From an uncultured Phycisphaerales bacterium (GTDB lineage Bacteria > Planctomycetota > Phycisphaerae > Tepidisphaerales > Tepidisphaeraceae), in contig CAVWLP010000003.1 in assembly GCA_963755915.1 (NCBI GenBank), positions 1,088,001 through 1,152,000 on the forward strand: a DNA stretch of 64,000 nucleotides, given 5' to 3'. Made by a program: the position numbers and the translations under genes. The notes beneath the pieces are model-generated. The model was given only the letters and a program-made list of their open reading frames with translations. It was not told the origin of the DNA and ran no database searches. Shown piece after piece: positions 42,366 through 52,330 of this stretch; position 1 is the stretch's first letter; each line of letters starts with the position of its first letter.

Positions 42366-42380
42366 GCTGGTTTGCCCGAT

Positions 42381-43835
42381 TCATCCGGCCTTTACCAGGG
42401 CGGCGGGAGGCGCCGCGCCACCCGGCTTTACGCCGCAGACGCGCAGAAATTCGTTGGCCCACCAGAAGACGTTTTGCTCGCGGATGTTGGCGCGGAGCTT
42501 TTCCATCGCAGGGCGGCGCTCCTTTGGCGTCATCATCACGGCCAGCTCGATGGCATCGGCAACGAGCTCGATGTCGTAGGGATTCACGAGGACGGCCGAT
42601 CGCCCGAGCTGCTCGGAAGCGCCGGCGAATTCGCTGAGCACCAGCACGCCGTTGTTTTCGACCTGGCAGGCGCAATACTCCTTGCAGACCAGGTTCATGC
42701 CGTCTTTCAGCGATGTCACCAGCGCAACATCGGCCGCGCGATACCACGCCAGGAGCTCTTGCCGCTCGACATGGCGGAAAATATGCTGAATGGGAACCCA
42801 CCCCGGCTGCGTGAACTTTCCGTTGATCTGCGCCACCAGCAGCTCGATCTCCTGCTTGAGGTCCTGATACTGCGGCACCATTTCCCGGCTGGGAACGATG
42901 AGCTGAAGCAGCGTCACCTTCTTGTGCAAATCCGGATGCCGCTCGAGCGAGCGCGCGTAGGCCCGCAAGCGATAGGGGATGCCCTTGGTGTAATCGAGCC
43001 GATCGACGCCGAGGAGAATCTGCTGGCCGGCGTAGGTTTTTCGAAGCTCGGCGATGCGCGTGGCGATTTCCGGTTGGGCCGCCGCTTCCGCGAAATCTTC
43101 GTAATCGATGCCAATGGGAAATACCCCGATTTTGCACGTGCGCCCATCGATCTCGACGCGCGTTTGCCTGGGCAATTGGTGCTGACCGGCTCCGGGGAGG
43201 AGCGCGCTGACGCAATCCGAAAAGTTCTTCACGTCTCGAGTCGTCTGCAGACCGATCACCCGGTAATGCAGCAGCGCCGTCAGCACCTCCTTGCGCCATG
43301 GCAGCTTCAGGAAAATGTCCGGCGGCGGAAAAGGAATATGCAGGAAAAATGCCAGCGGGTTCTCGATTCCCCGATCCTGCAGCGTCTTTCCCAGGCCCAG
43401 CAGGTGATAGTCGTGAACCCAGATCAGGTCGTCGTGCTCGATCCGGCTCTGCACCACATCCGCGAACGCCTGCTCCACCTTCAGCGAGACCTTCCAGTAT
43501 TCGGGCTGGAAATTGCAAAGCGATTGAAGATCATGAAAGAGCGGCCAGATGATCTGATTGCAGAACCCCTCGTAAAAAAGCTTATAGTCGGCCGGCGTCA
43601 ACGAAACACCGGCGATTTCGCATCCCTGCTGGTGTCCATAGTCTTCCAGAAGCGCGTCAAGATCTCCCGATTCATTCTCAACTTCGCCTGGCGAGCCGAT
43701 CCAGATTCCGCCGAGACGCTTCAGCGCCGGCACCAGTGCCGCCACCAACCCGCCCGAGCCGGGATGGACCGACAATTCCGTTCCTTCCCGCTCCACGACA
43801 ATCGGCAGCCGATTTGAAACCAGTACGATTCTCAT
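42381..43835 (-). CDS. otsA: Trehalose-6-phosphate synthase
   Basis: [48 protein letters not shown]. Confidence 0.96.
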   Translation of the reverse strand: MRIVLVSNRLPIVVEREGTELSVHPGSGGLVAALVPALKRLGGIWIGSPGEVENESGDLDALLEDYGHQQGCEIAGVSLTPADYKLFYEGFCNQIIWPLFHDLQSLCNFQPEYWKVSLKVEQAFADVVQSRIEHDDLIWVHDYHLLGLGKTLQDRGIENPLAFFLHIPFPPPDIFLKLPWRKEVLTALLHYRVIGLQTTRDVKNFSDCVSALLPGAGQHQLPRQTRVEIDGRTCKIGVFPIGIDYEDFAEAAAQPEIATRIAELRKTYAGQQILLGVDRLDYTKGIPYRLRAYARSLERHPDLHKKVTLLQLIVPSREMVPQYQDLKQEIELLVAQINGKFTQPGWVPIQHIFRHVERQELLAWYRAADVALVTSLKDGMNLVCKEYCACQVENNGVLVLSEFAGASEQLGRSAVLVNPYDIELVADAIELAVMMTPKERRPAMEKLRANIREQNVFWWANEFLRVCGVKPGGAAPPAALVKAG

Positions 43836-43977
43836 ACAACGCCTTTATCCTTTGCCACGAAACCGATGCTACGACGGAGGCAGCCGGTTGGTCAGCGCAG
43901 GAAATCGCCGCTGAGGCCGCATCGCGGCTTCAGTCTGGGTCCGGAATGGCCGACGATTCATTAGCGCTCATTCATAT

Positions 43978-44520
43978 ATGAAAGCAATCACGCAATTAGT
44001 CGTGGGAACGGTGTTGCTCGCAATGCTTGCCGCCGGGTTGCGGTATATGTTTGATCGTGTTCGCGGCGCGGTAATCGATGGCAACATTGGCGGACTGGTC
44101 CTTTGGGAAAATGACTGGAATGAGGCGCTCGCGAAAGCCTCGGCGCAGAACAAGCCGCTACTGGTGGAATTCGCCAGGGGTTCGTCCGCGAACTGCCGGG
44201 ATTTGGCGAAAAACGGGTGGTCGCGGGGCGATATCGTGAGTGCGGCGTCGGGCTATGTGCCGCTGCTCGTGGATGTCGATTCGAATCCGGATCTGGCGAA
44301 ACAGTACGACATCGGACCGGTCCCCTCGCTGGTGGTAATCGACGCGAAGAGCCAATCGATCATCCGCGACGGCCGCGGCCAGGCGTTCACGCCCGACGAC
44401 CTGCTGCTATGGCTCGATCCCAACGCCCAGCCGAAAATGAACCCGTCGTTTCCTGACAGCAGCACGCTCAATTCTCAAACGGGATCGCTTGATCTGCAAA
44501 AGAGCCCGTTTTCACCTTGA
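43978..44520 (+). CDS. Membrane-anchored thioredoxin-like protein (no full CxxC)
   Basis: ALAKASAQNKPLLVEF...SANC...VDVDSNPDLAKQY...PSLVVID. Confidence 0.75.
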   Translation: MKAITQLVVGTVLLAMLAAGLRYMFDRVRGAVIDGNIGGLVLWENDWNEALAKASAQNKPLLVEFARGSSANCRDLAKNGWSRGDIVSAASGYVPLLVDVDSNPDLAKQYDIGPVPSLVVIDAKSQSIIRDGRGQAFTPDDLLLWLDPNAQPKMNPSFPDSSTLNSQTGSLDLQKSPFSP

Positions 44521-44557
44521 GGGCAATCGTCGTGCGCACCGCTGTCGAACCCAAAAG

Positions 44558-45313
44558 TCACCGCAACGCACGATAGTGATAGTCGTACCGCCAGCGAAAA
44601 CCCGCGCGGGTGTACAGCGATTTCGCGGCGGCGTTGCCCGTCATTACCTGCAAATAGAATGCGCCGGCATTGTTGCGAAGCGCCCATTCGGCGAGGAAAT
44701 GAATTAATCGCGTGGCATGTCCTCGCCGCTGGTGGGATGGGAGGGTCGCCATGCAATAGAGCCACGCGACGCCGCCGTGGATGGCGCTTAGTGCGCGGGC
44801 GACGGTCTGCCCAGAATCCATGGCCGAAACAAAAACGCGGGGCTCTGCGATGCGATGACAAAGCTCTTCCAGCGAGCCAGCGCCGTGCGGATGTACATCG
44901 CATTGGAACCAAGCTTCGGTCGGCGAGTCTGACGCGCCTATCCAAAAATTGGATTTCAGAGGCACAATGGAGGCACTAACCGCTGCAATATCCGCTCCCC
45001 AAATGTTGGAAGATTTTTCTATGCGATATCCGCGAGACGCGAGCCGCTGATCTAGATTGCGCGGGGCCGACGCCGCGGTAATGTGAAAAATCGGCGGCAA
45101 ATTTCTGGTGCGATAAAATTTCTCCGCTCGGGCGGTCAGCTCTTCCCAATCGTAATCGTCCGATTTGTCGCCGGCGGTACGCACGGAATTCGCACGGTTT
45201 GTAAAACCGCGATTGGCGCGAAGCTGCCACGGTCCCAGCGAGATCGATTCCTCCGCCGGCCAAGTGGCATCGGCCGATAATTCGGCCTCGGTGATTGATA
45301 TCAGACGATCCAT
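44558..45313 (-). CDS. GNAT family acetyltransferase
   Basis: GFTNRANSV; MATLPSHQRRGHA; YLQV..N..A..LY..AGF. Confidence 0.88.
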   Translation of the reverse strand: MDRLISITEAELSADATWPAEESISLGPWQLRANRGFTNRANSVRTAGDKSDDYDWEELTARAEKFYRTRNLPPIFHITAASAPRNLDQRLASRGYRIEKSSNIWGADIAAVSASIVPLKSNFWIGASDSPTEAWFQCDVHPHGAGSLEELCHRIAEPRVFVSAMDSGQTVARALSAIHGGVAWLYCMATLPSHQRRGHATRLIHFLAEWALRNNAGAFYLQVMTGNAAAKSLYTRAGFRWRYDYHYRALR

Positions 45314-45501
45314 AACCTCACGTCGTCCTCTGCGCACGCCGCAGGATCGCTACATCTTAACCGCCCCTCCTGGGCGGACGATGAGGTTGATGCGGCGAAG
45401 TCCGCAAAGCCTGATGGAAACGCCGGGGACAAACAGTCCGCCCCTCCCGCCGGCAGCGCTCCCGCTCCCGCCGCGCCGAAGCCTCTCTGCGCCTTGCCAG
45501 G

Positions 45502-47069
45502 ATGGTTGGCCTTGAGGGAAAAATCGTCATGGCGGTCATCGCGCTGCTGGCGGTGGCGCTGGGATCGACCTGCTGGCTATGGGCGTCGCGGATCGATCCG
45601 CAGGTCGCGGAGATGCTGGGTGAGCAGGCGCGGCAAACGGCGGTCACGCTTTCCATGGCGGCCGGACCGGCAATGAAGGCGCGGGATGTGGAATCCATGC
45701 GGACGATGGGCGCGAGCTTCTGCACGCCCGCAATATTCTCTTCATCGCGTTCTACGATGTGAATGGCGCCAACCTCGCGCTGGCCGACCGCAACGTAACC
45801 CGCGGTTCCCCCTGGCCTTCGCTTCAGCAAGGGGAAATCAGCTATCTTGCGCAGGTCCGGCACGGGAGTTCGCCGAAGTTCGGAGAATATCTGGAAGTTT
45901 GCCAGCCGGTGCTAACGGCGATTGCTCCGGGGATGTCGCGTGCGCTGGCACGGTCGCGTCTCCTGGGATACGTCTCGGTGGGAATCTCGACGACCCAGGA
46001 GCAGTCGCAGGTGAAGCGCGTTAATTATCTGGCCATCGGGATTGGATGCTTCGTGATCCTGGGCATCCTTCCGCTGGCGTATCTGCTGGTGCACCAGATC
46101 TTCCTGCCGATCCGCAAATTGGTCGGAGCAACCAATCGGATCGCGGCGGGCGATCTGGACTATACGGTGGCGATCGACCGGGCCGACGCCATCGGCGATC
46201 TGGCCCGGTCGTTCAACGCGATGACGGCAACCATCAAGGAACACCAGCTCCGCCTGCACGAAGCCAACTCGGAGCTGGAGCAGAAAGTGCGCCAGCGTAC
46301 CTCGCAGCTTGAGGCGGCCAACCGCCGGCTATCCAGCGAAATCGCGGAAAAAGAGGATTTTCTCCGTGCCGTGAGCCACGACCTCAACGCCCCGCTGCGG
46401 AATATCAGCGGCATGACCTCAATGCTGTTGATGAAACATCGCGAGGGGTTCAACGAGGAAATTGTCCATCGGCTCGAGCGCATCCAGAAAAATGTCGAGG
46501 CGGAGACGGAATTGATCTCGGAGCTGCTGGAACTTTCCCGAATCAAGACCCGGCGGGAGAAGATGGAGATGGTGGAGCTCGGCCCGCTGGTGCGCGAGCT
46601 GGAAGGGATTTTCGAAAACGACCTGAAAAGCGGAGACATTCTCTTCGCGATCGACACGCCTCTTCCCGTGGTCAACGGCGAACGCTCGCGATTCCGGCAG
46701 GTGTTTCAGAACCTTATCGACAACGCGATCAAATACATGGGAGACGGCGGGGCACGGGAGATTCACATCGGCTGCCGGGTGCGGGCGACGGAATCGGAGT
46801 TTTATGTCCGCGACACGGGGCTGGGGATCGATCCCGACGATGTCGGCAAGGTTTTTTACATTTTCCGCCGGGGGAAGAATTCCGCCGTGCGCAACATACC
46901 GGGCAAGGGCGTCGGCCTCGCCTGCGTCAAAAGCATCATCGAAACTTACAGTGGAACCATCTGGGTCGAAAGCGAGCCGGGCAAGGGGAGCACCTTCCGG
47001 TTCACGATCAACGGGCAGTTTGTCCCCGGATCGGCAACTCGTGAAACGAAAGTGAGCAGTGCAGCATGA
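45502..47069 (+). CDS. HAMP-domain sensor histidine kinase, frameshifts at 5' end, start uncertain
   Basis: TM segments, HAMP, SHDLNAPL, FQNLIDNAIKY, DTGLGI, GKGVGL. Confidence 0.88.
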
Positions 47070-47558
47070 AGCGCTGGAACGTCACACAAACATATTCGGG
47101 AAAACGGCATCACGATCCTGCTGGTCGACGACGATCAGGATTGCCGGATGCTGATTCGCGACGCGATCAGCTCAGAGCAAAGTGAGCAACGAGGTATTAC
47201 GAAGTCGCCAATGGGCGAGCAGGCGCTCGATTTTCTGCATCGGCGGGGCCAGTGGCGCAAGCGCCGCGGCCGGGACTGATTTATCTGGATATTGAGATGC
47301 CGGGCATGGACGGGCAGGCGGTGCTCAAGGCGATTAAAGCTGATCCGGATTTGCGGGATATACCGGTGGTAATGATGACGGGAGTGGCGGATGAAGGCGC
47401 AGATGCGCATCGCCGCCGCCGCGGGGGCGAACAGCTACACGCTCAAGCCCGCCAGCGCCGAGCAGTTTCTTAAAACCGTGGTTTCAAGCACGAAATATTG
47501 GCTGACGATCCATCAATATCCGGACCATCACCTCCCTTCGGAGAAGTGCAGGAAATAA
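47066..47558 (+). CDS. Single-domain response regulator (Rcp1-like), frameshifted
   Basis: ILLVDDD...ALDFL..RG...PRPGLIYLDIEMPGMDG...IPVVMMT...GANSYTLKP...YWL across frames. Confidence 0.8.
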
Positions 47559-47686
47559 GTGGGGCTAAACAGGTAATTTGCGAAAGAGTTTGCTGCTACC
47601 GCGCGGGCGATAAATGTCGCCCCTGCTTCACCTTGCGGGCAGGCACGCCGATAAGACGGCTACAGGAGTGAGAAACCGCGACCGAC

Positions 47687-48685
47687 ATGGAATGCCTGAA
47701 ACTGCTCATCGTCGAGGACGATCCGGACCAGCGGCAGCTCATCTCCGAAACCCTGGAGGAGCATTTCCCGACCAGCACGATCGTCTCCGTCGAATGCGGG
47801 GCAGAGGCGATGAATCTGGAGCTGGGTTCATTCGACTTGATCCTGACGGATTTCAATCTGCCGGACGTGAGCGGGATGGAGCTGCTGGAAAAAATCCGCC
47901 GGCAGTGCACCACGCCCGTGATCATGGTTACCGGAGAAAACGTCGGCTACTTCGCGGCGGAGGCCATCCGCAAAGGGGCGATGGATTACGTCGTGAAGTT
48001 CGGCGACTATCTCTTCACCATTCCCCTCGTGGTCGAGAAAAATCTTACCGTCGCGAAGCTCTACAAGGAAAATGAAAAGCTGCGGTCGGAACTTGAGCGC
48101 GCATTGGGGGAAGTTCGCCATAAGAATGCACAGCTTGAAGAGTCGCTGAAGATGGTTGAGGAGATGGCCGCGACGGACGCACTCACCGGGCTTTACAACC
48201 GCCGGCATTTCAATCGCGTGCTCGATCAGCTTTACTCCGAGAGCGAGCGGCTCGATACCGACCTTTCCTGCGCGATGATCGATCTCGACGGATACAAACA
48301 GCTCAACGACACGTTCGGGCACGCGATGGGGGACCAGCTTTTGGCGATCGCGGGCAAGGTGATCCTGGCCAACATGCGCCGGATGGACGTGGCCGCTCGT
48401 TACGGCGGGGATGAATTCGTCCTGCTTTTGCCGCACGCTTCGGCACAGGAGGCGGCAAGCGTTGCCCAGCGCATCCGGGATGAATTCTGCCAGGGGTCTG
48501 CGATCCTGCTTCGGCGAAACGAAGGCGTCGGCATGTCTGTCGGCATCGCATCGAGAAAGAACAACGGTGCCACCGGCGGCGAACAGTTGCTGGCGCTGGC
48601 GGACGCCGCGCTCTACCAGGCCAAGGGAAACGGGCGCAACCGCGTCGTCGTCAATCCCCCGCAGCCTCTGAGCGCTAATCACTAA
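47687..48685 (+). CDS. Receiver-GGDEF diguanylate cyclase
   Basis: REC, coiled coil, DALTGLYNRR, RMD I-site (RxxD), RYGGDEF. Confidence 0.93.
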   Translation: MECLKLLIVEDDPDQRQLISETLEEHFPTSTIVSVECGAEAMNLELGSFDLILTDFNLPDVSGMELLEKIRRQCTTPVIMVTGENVGYFAAEAIRKGAMDYVVKFGDYLFTIPLVVEKNLTVAKLYKENEKLRSELERALGEVRHKNAQLEESLKMVEEMAATDALTGLYNRRHFNRVLDQLYSESERLDTDLSCAMIDLDGYKQLNDTFGHAMGDQLLAIAGKVILANMRRMDVAARYGGDEFVLLLPHASAQEAASVAQRIRDEFCQGSAILLRRNEGVGMSVGIASRKNNGATGGEQLLALADAALYQAKGNGRNRVVVNPPQPLSANH

Positions 48686-48799
48686 CGGCAAATCCCCCGG
48701 TTTTTCGCACTCGGTATTGATTATTTCGGGAATATTAAATTCCTGACAAGCGTCATCACTTCGGTTATAGTCCCTCCTAACCCCTTTCCCGGAGGCATC

Positions 48800-49402
48800 A
48801 TGAATTCGCCGTTGTGGTGTGTGGCATTGTTGCTCGTGGTGACCCTGACTGCCTCGGTATTCGCGGAACCAACGACGCAGCCTTCGACGCAGCCCAGCGC
48901 GGTTTCGTCCATCGGGGCTCCTCTGCGGTTTACGATGAAATCTCTTGACGGGCGTGACGTCGACCTGTCTCAATATCAGGGCAAGGTGATCCTGATGGTG
49001 AACACCGCGAGCAAATGCGGCAACACGCCGCAGTATGCACCGCTTGAGGCGCTATACACAAAATATGCTGACCGGGGCTTCGTGATCCTCGGCTTCCCCT
49101 CAAACGATTTCGGGCACCAGGAGCCGGGCAGCGATATCGAGATCAGTGAATTCTGCACGAAAAACTATGGCGTGACCTTCCCGATGTTCTCGAAGGTGGA
49201 CGTAAAGGGGGACAACATCTGCCCGCTTTATGCATATCTCACGAGCAAGGATACCGACGCCCCGTTTGCGGGAACGATCACATGGAATTTCGAGAAATTC
49301 CTGATTGGACGGGATGGAAATATCGTCGCCCGGTTTAAACCGAAGACCCAGCCGGATTCACCGCAGGTGCTCGCGGCGATCGAGGGGGAGCTGGCTAAGT
49401 AG
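48800..49402 (+). CDS. Exported glutathione peroxidase family protein (Cys-type)
   Basis: VNTASKCG, LGFPSNDFG.QEPG, WNFEKFL. Confidence 0.93.
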   Translation: MNSPLWCVALLLVVTLTASVFAEPTTQPSTQPSAVSSIGAPLRFTMKSLDGRDVDLSQYQGKVILMVNTASKCGNTPQYAPLEALYTKYADRGFVILGFPSNDFGHQEPGSDIEISEFCTKNYGVTFPMFSKVDVKGDNICPLYAYLTSKDTDAPFAGTITWNFEKFLIGRDGNIVARFKPKTQPDSPQVLAAIEGELAK

Positions 49403-49464
49403 GCCGTTTAGCCGCGACCCGAAGGGGAGCGCTCTTCTTCCTATTCACTCCACGATGTCAACTC

Positions 49465-49700
49465 GTGAAAACTCTCACCATTCGAATTCCCAGAATTCTC
49501 GACGCGAGGCTTGCGGCTGCCGCGCGGGATGAAGGCGTCAGCAAGTCCGCTCTCATTCGTAAGGTATTGGAGGAAAGGCTCGCAAGACGCCGCGCAAGGC
49601 ACCGCGCGTTTACGACCTTGTCGGTCATCTCAGTGGCAGCGTAAAGGGACCTCCCGATCTTTTGACGAACCCTAAATACATGATTGACTTCGGCAGATGA
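49465..49700 (+). CDS. Orphan CopG/RHH antitoxin-like protein, frameshift near 49595
   Basis: Manual translation VKTLTIRIPRILDARLAAAARDEGVSKSALIRKVLE...; other frame DLVGHLSGSVKGPPDLLTNPKYMIDFGR*. Confidence 0.75.
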
Positions 49701-49721
49701 TAGGGCTGGTATCGCGGATAC

Positions 49722-50117
49722 CTAACCCTTCATCCCCACCGCCGCCCGCAGCAAGCTCGTCACCCGCGGCGTCCCAATCTCCCGCTTTCCAAATCCCGGC
49801 AGCGCCCCCGCGGCCTCGGCCGCGGTCTGTGCATCGGCATAATTGCTCACGAGCATCATCGGCAACGCCGCTTGACTGGGCCGCAGCAGACGGATCATGT
49901 CAACGCCCATTTCCGGGTCATAACCGTATCCCAGCTCGCGGTTGAACAGGACCAGATCAACCCCCGCCTTGATCGCCGACTCCATTTCGTCCTTATCCTC
50001 CGCGGAGATGATCTGGACCTGCCCCAGCGCAGTGCGAACGGCCATCCGCAGGTATGACGCATCCGGTCCGCAGTGGCCGACCAGCAATATACGCCAGGTT
50101 TTCGAAGCTTCTTCCAT
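49722..50117 (-). CDS. Atypical receiver-domain protein
   Basis: ILLVGHCGPD...DLVLFNR...MMLVSNY...PGFGK; phospho-Asp replaced by Asn. Confidence 0.7.
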   Translation of the reverse strand: MEEASKTWRILLVGHCGPDASYLRMAVRTALGQVQIISAEDKDEMESAIKAGVDLVLFNRELGYGYDPEMGVDMIRLLRPSQAALPMMLVSNYADAQTAAEAAGALPGFGKREIGTPRVTSLLRAAVGMKG

Positions 50118-50120
50118 GAT

Positions 50121-50633
50121 TTAAACCTGTGACGACGGATCCTCACCCGGCGGAATCTCCGGCTCGGGCGGCGGCTCGACCAGATCCTGCCCCACCCGGC
50201 TCAGAAAAAACTGCAATTCATTTTCGGCGACCGTTCCGGGAATCGCATCGCGCAGGTCGTATTGGTGGCTGTGATCCTCGGCACTGTCTTCGCCGCGTTT
50301 TTCTCCCTCGGTAATGATGTGGTGCTCGAAGGTCACGCAGTCTTCGTGGCTCTGCATGATCACCAGCTCGCCCCAGCGCCAGGCAAGGTGAATCCGCAAC
50401 GAAAGCTGGTTTCCCCAGGTGCTGACGCGGTGGACGATGCCGTTTTTCGCCAGGAATTTCACCAGGTCATCGACGGCGGGAAAAACAGCCCGGTTGAGGA
50501 ACTCGGCGTAGTTCTGGTTGTATTCGGCGAGCTTTTCGACGGCTTCGCGCTCGGCCGCCAGCTTTTCGGGGTGTACGTCCCGGTAGGGGACGACCCGGCC
50601 GAGCCACCATTTCACGAACGACTTGTCGAGCAT
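50121..50633 (-). CDS. Hypothetical protein
   Basis: 170-aa ORF with protein-like composition, co-oriented with neighbours. Confidence 0.7.
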   Translation of the reverse strand: MLDKSFVKWWLGRVVPYRDVHPEKLAAEREAVEKLAEYNQNYAEFLNRAVFPAVDDLVKFLAKNGIVHRVSTWGNQLSLRIHLAWRWGELVIMQSHEDCVTFEHHIITEGEKRGEDSAEDHSHQYDLRDAIPGTVAENELQFFLSRVGQDLVEPPPEPEIPPGEDPSSQV

Positions 50634-50714
50634 GGCAACAGGATAGGATGCAGCGGCGCAGGATTCCAGCGGCCGGCCGGCAGTGGTCGCCCTTGAGGAG
50701 TATCACGATCAAAT

Positions 50715-51506
50715 TTAGTCGTTGTCTTCGGGAAACTCGCGGAGGCGGTAGCCGACGCCGCGGACCGTGTTCACCAGCCAGGCGGCGTCGCCGAGCTTTT
50801 TGCGGATGGCGGTAATGTGGACGTCGATGGCGCGGTCGGTGACGAAGACGTCGGTGCCCATCGCTTTGTCCATGAGCTGGTCGCGGGTGAGGACGCGGCC
50901 GCGGGCGGTCAACAGGGCTGACAGAAGCTTGAACTCGGTCAGGGTGAGCTTGATGGGCTCTTCGTTGACAAGGACTTCATGCTTGAAGGTGTCGATGCTG
51001 AGCGGGCCGGCGCGGAGGGTTCCGCCCTCAGTGGCGCCAGGGCCGGTTTCGGAGCGGCGGAGTACGCTGCTGACGCGGGCGAGGAGGACTTTCATGCTGA
51101 AGGGCTTGGTGACGTAATCGTCGGCGCCCAGGGTGAGGCCGACGACGACATCCGTTTCCTCGCCCTTGGCGGTGAGCATGACGATGGGGATGGAAGCGGT
51201 TTTGGCGTCGGATTTGAGGCGGCGGGCGACTTCCATGCCGTCGATGCCGGGAAGCATGAGATCGAGAATGATGAGGTCGGGCGAATTTTTCGAAGCGCTG
51301 TCGAGGGCGTCGTTGCCGTCGCTGGCGGTGAGAGTGTCGTAGCCGTTGCGACCCAGGTTGTAGGCAACGAGGTCAACAATGTCTTTTTCGTCGTCGACGA
51401 TGAGGACTTTTTTGCGTGCGGGTGGGGTGGCAGCCGGATTACGCGCCGAAGGCTGACGAGCCGGATCGTTGATTCTGCTCATAGGTGTCCGCTCCATCAC
51501 TTGCAT
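50715..51506 (-). CDS. OmpR/PhoB-family response regulator
   Basis: LDLMLPG, MLTAKGEE, GADDYVTKPF, LTLTEF, DRAIDVHI..IRKKL, TVRGVGY. Confidence 0.93.
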   Translation of the reverse strand: MQVMERTPMSRINDPARQPSARNPAATPPARKKVLIVDDEKDIVDLVAYNLGRNGYDTLTASDGNDALDSASKNSPDLIILDLMLPGIDGMEVARRLKSDAKTASIPIVMLTAKGEETDVVVGLTLGADDYVTKPFSMKVLLARVSSVLRRSETGPGATEGGTLRAGPLSIDTFKHEVLVNEEPIKLTLTEFKLLSALLTARGRVLTRDQLMDKAMGTDVFVTDRAIDVHITAIRKKLGDAAWLVNTVRGVGYRLREFPEDND

Positions 51507-51760
51507 GTGAACGCTCCTGGGATGCCCTTCCGGTAAAAATGGCGAAGATAACTTTGGGCAGGAACAACAATGGAGTCAAGGCGCTAGCGCGGACTTAACG
51601 GGAGTGATATGGAATCTGAATTATTCGTCCGAAAATCGGGCTGGACTGGGTAAGTTAACAGAGATATATCGCAATATTGCTGGTGTGTTACCTTGGGGCT
51701 TCTGATATCATTTGTGGAATTGGAGCATTGATCAGACGGGGTTTTTGAGCAGGAGATGCA

Positions 51761-52330
51761 ATGAACGAGCTGAACCGGAGGGAATTTGTTGCCGCCGTGG
51801 CGTGCGCGGCTTGCATGTGCGGGTTGGGCGGGGCGGCCAAGGCATTGGCCGACGACATGGGTGGTGCGACGACGATGCCGGCGACCACGCCGAGCACGCT
51901 GGACGCGGGGTTGAAATCGGATTACGCCCAGGATGGGATCACCCAGACCTGGATGAAAGCCCCCTACCGCATCGCGATCGTGCGGGATAAGGGGAAGATT
52001 TTCGCGCTCACGATGGTTTGCACGCACCGAGGGGGGACACTGCGCGAGGCGGATGACGGGGTGAGCTTCAAGTGCCCGCGGCATGGGGCGACGTTTGACA
52101 TGGATGGACATGTGACGGGCAAGCCCGCGAAGAGGCCGCTGTCGCGGTATGCGATTTCCGTCGACGGCAACGGGCACATCATCGTCGATACCACCACTTC
52201 GTTCACGATGGATCAGTGGGATGATCCGGCGAGTTTTATCGCGGTGAGCTGCGCAGTTGCGACGGCTCGGTTCCGAAATAAACGCAGGCAGTGGAAGAGC
52301 CACCGTCGCTGTTTGGCGCGTAGATGCTAA
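51761..52330 (+). CDS. Tat-exported Rieske [2Fe-2S] protein (true end probably ~52250)
   Basis: NRREF Tat motif, CTHRG, CPRHGATF. Confidence 0.88.
   Translation: MNELNRREFVAAVACAACMCGLGGAAKALADDMGGATTMPATTPSTLDAGLKSDYAQDGITQTWMKAPYRIAIVRDKGKIFALTMVCTHRGGTLREADDGVSFKCPRHGATFDMDGHVTGKPAKRPLSRYAISVDGNGHIIVDTTTSFTMDQWDDPASFIAVSCAVATARFRNKRRQWKSHRRCLARRC

Noticed and set aside
52236-52330. 95-nt convergent overlap of Rieske gene and downstream ORF
   Set aside because: The Rieske domain ends near DPASFIAV; the extension is probably a lost stop or sequence error
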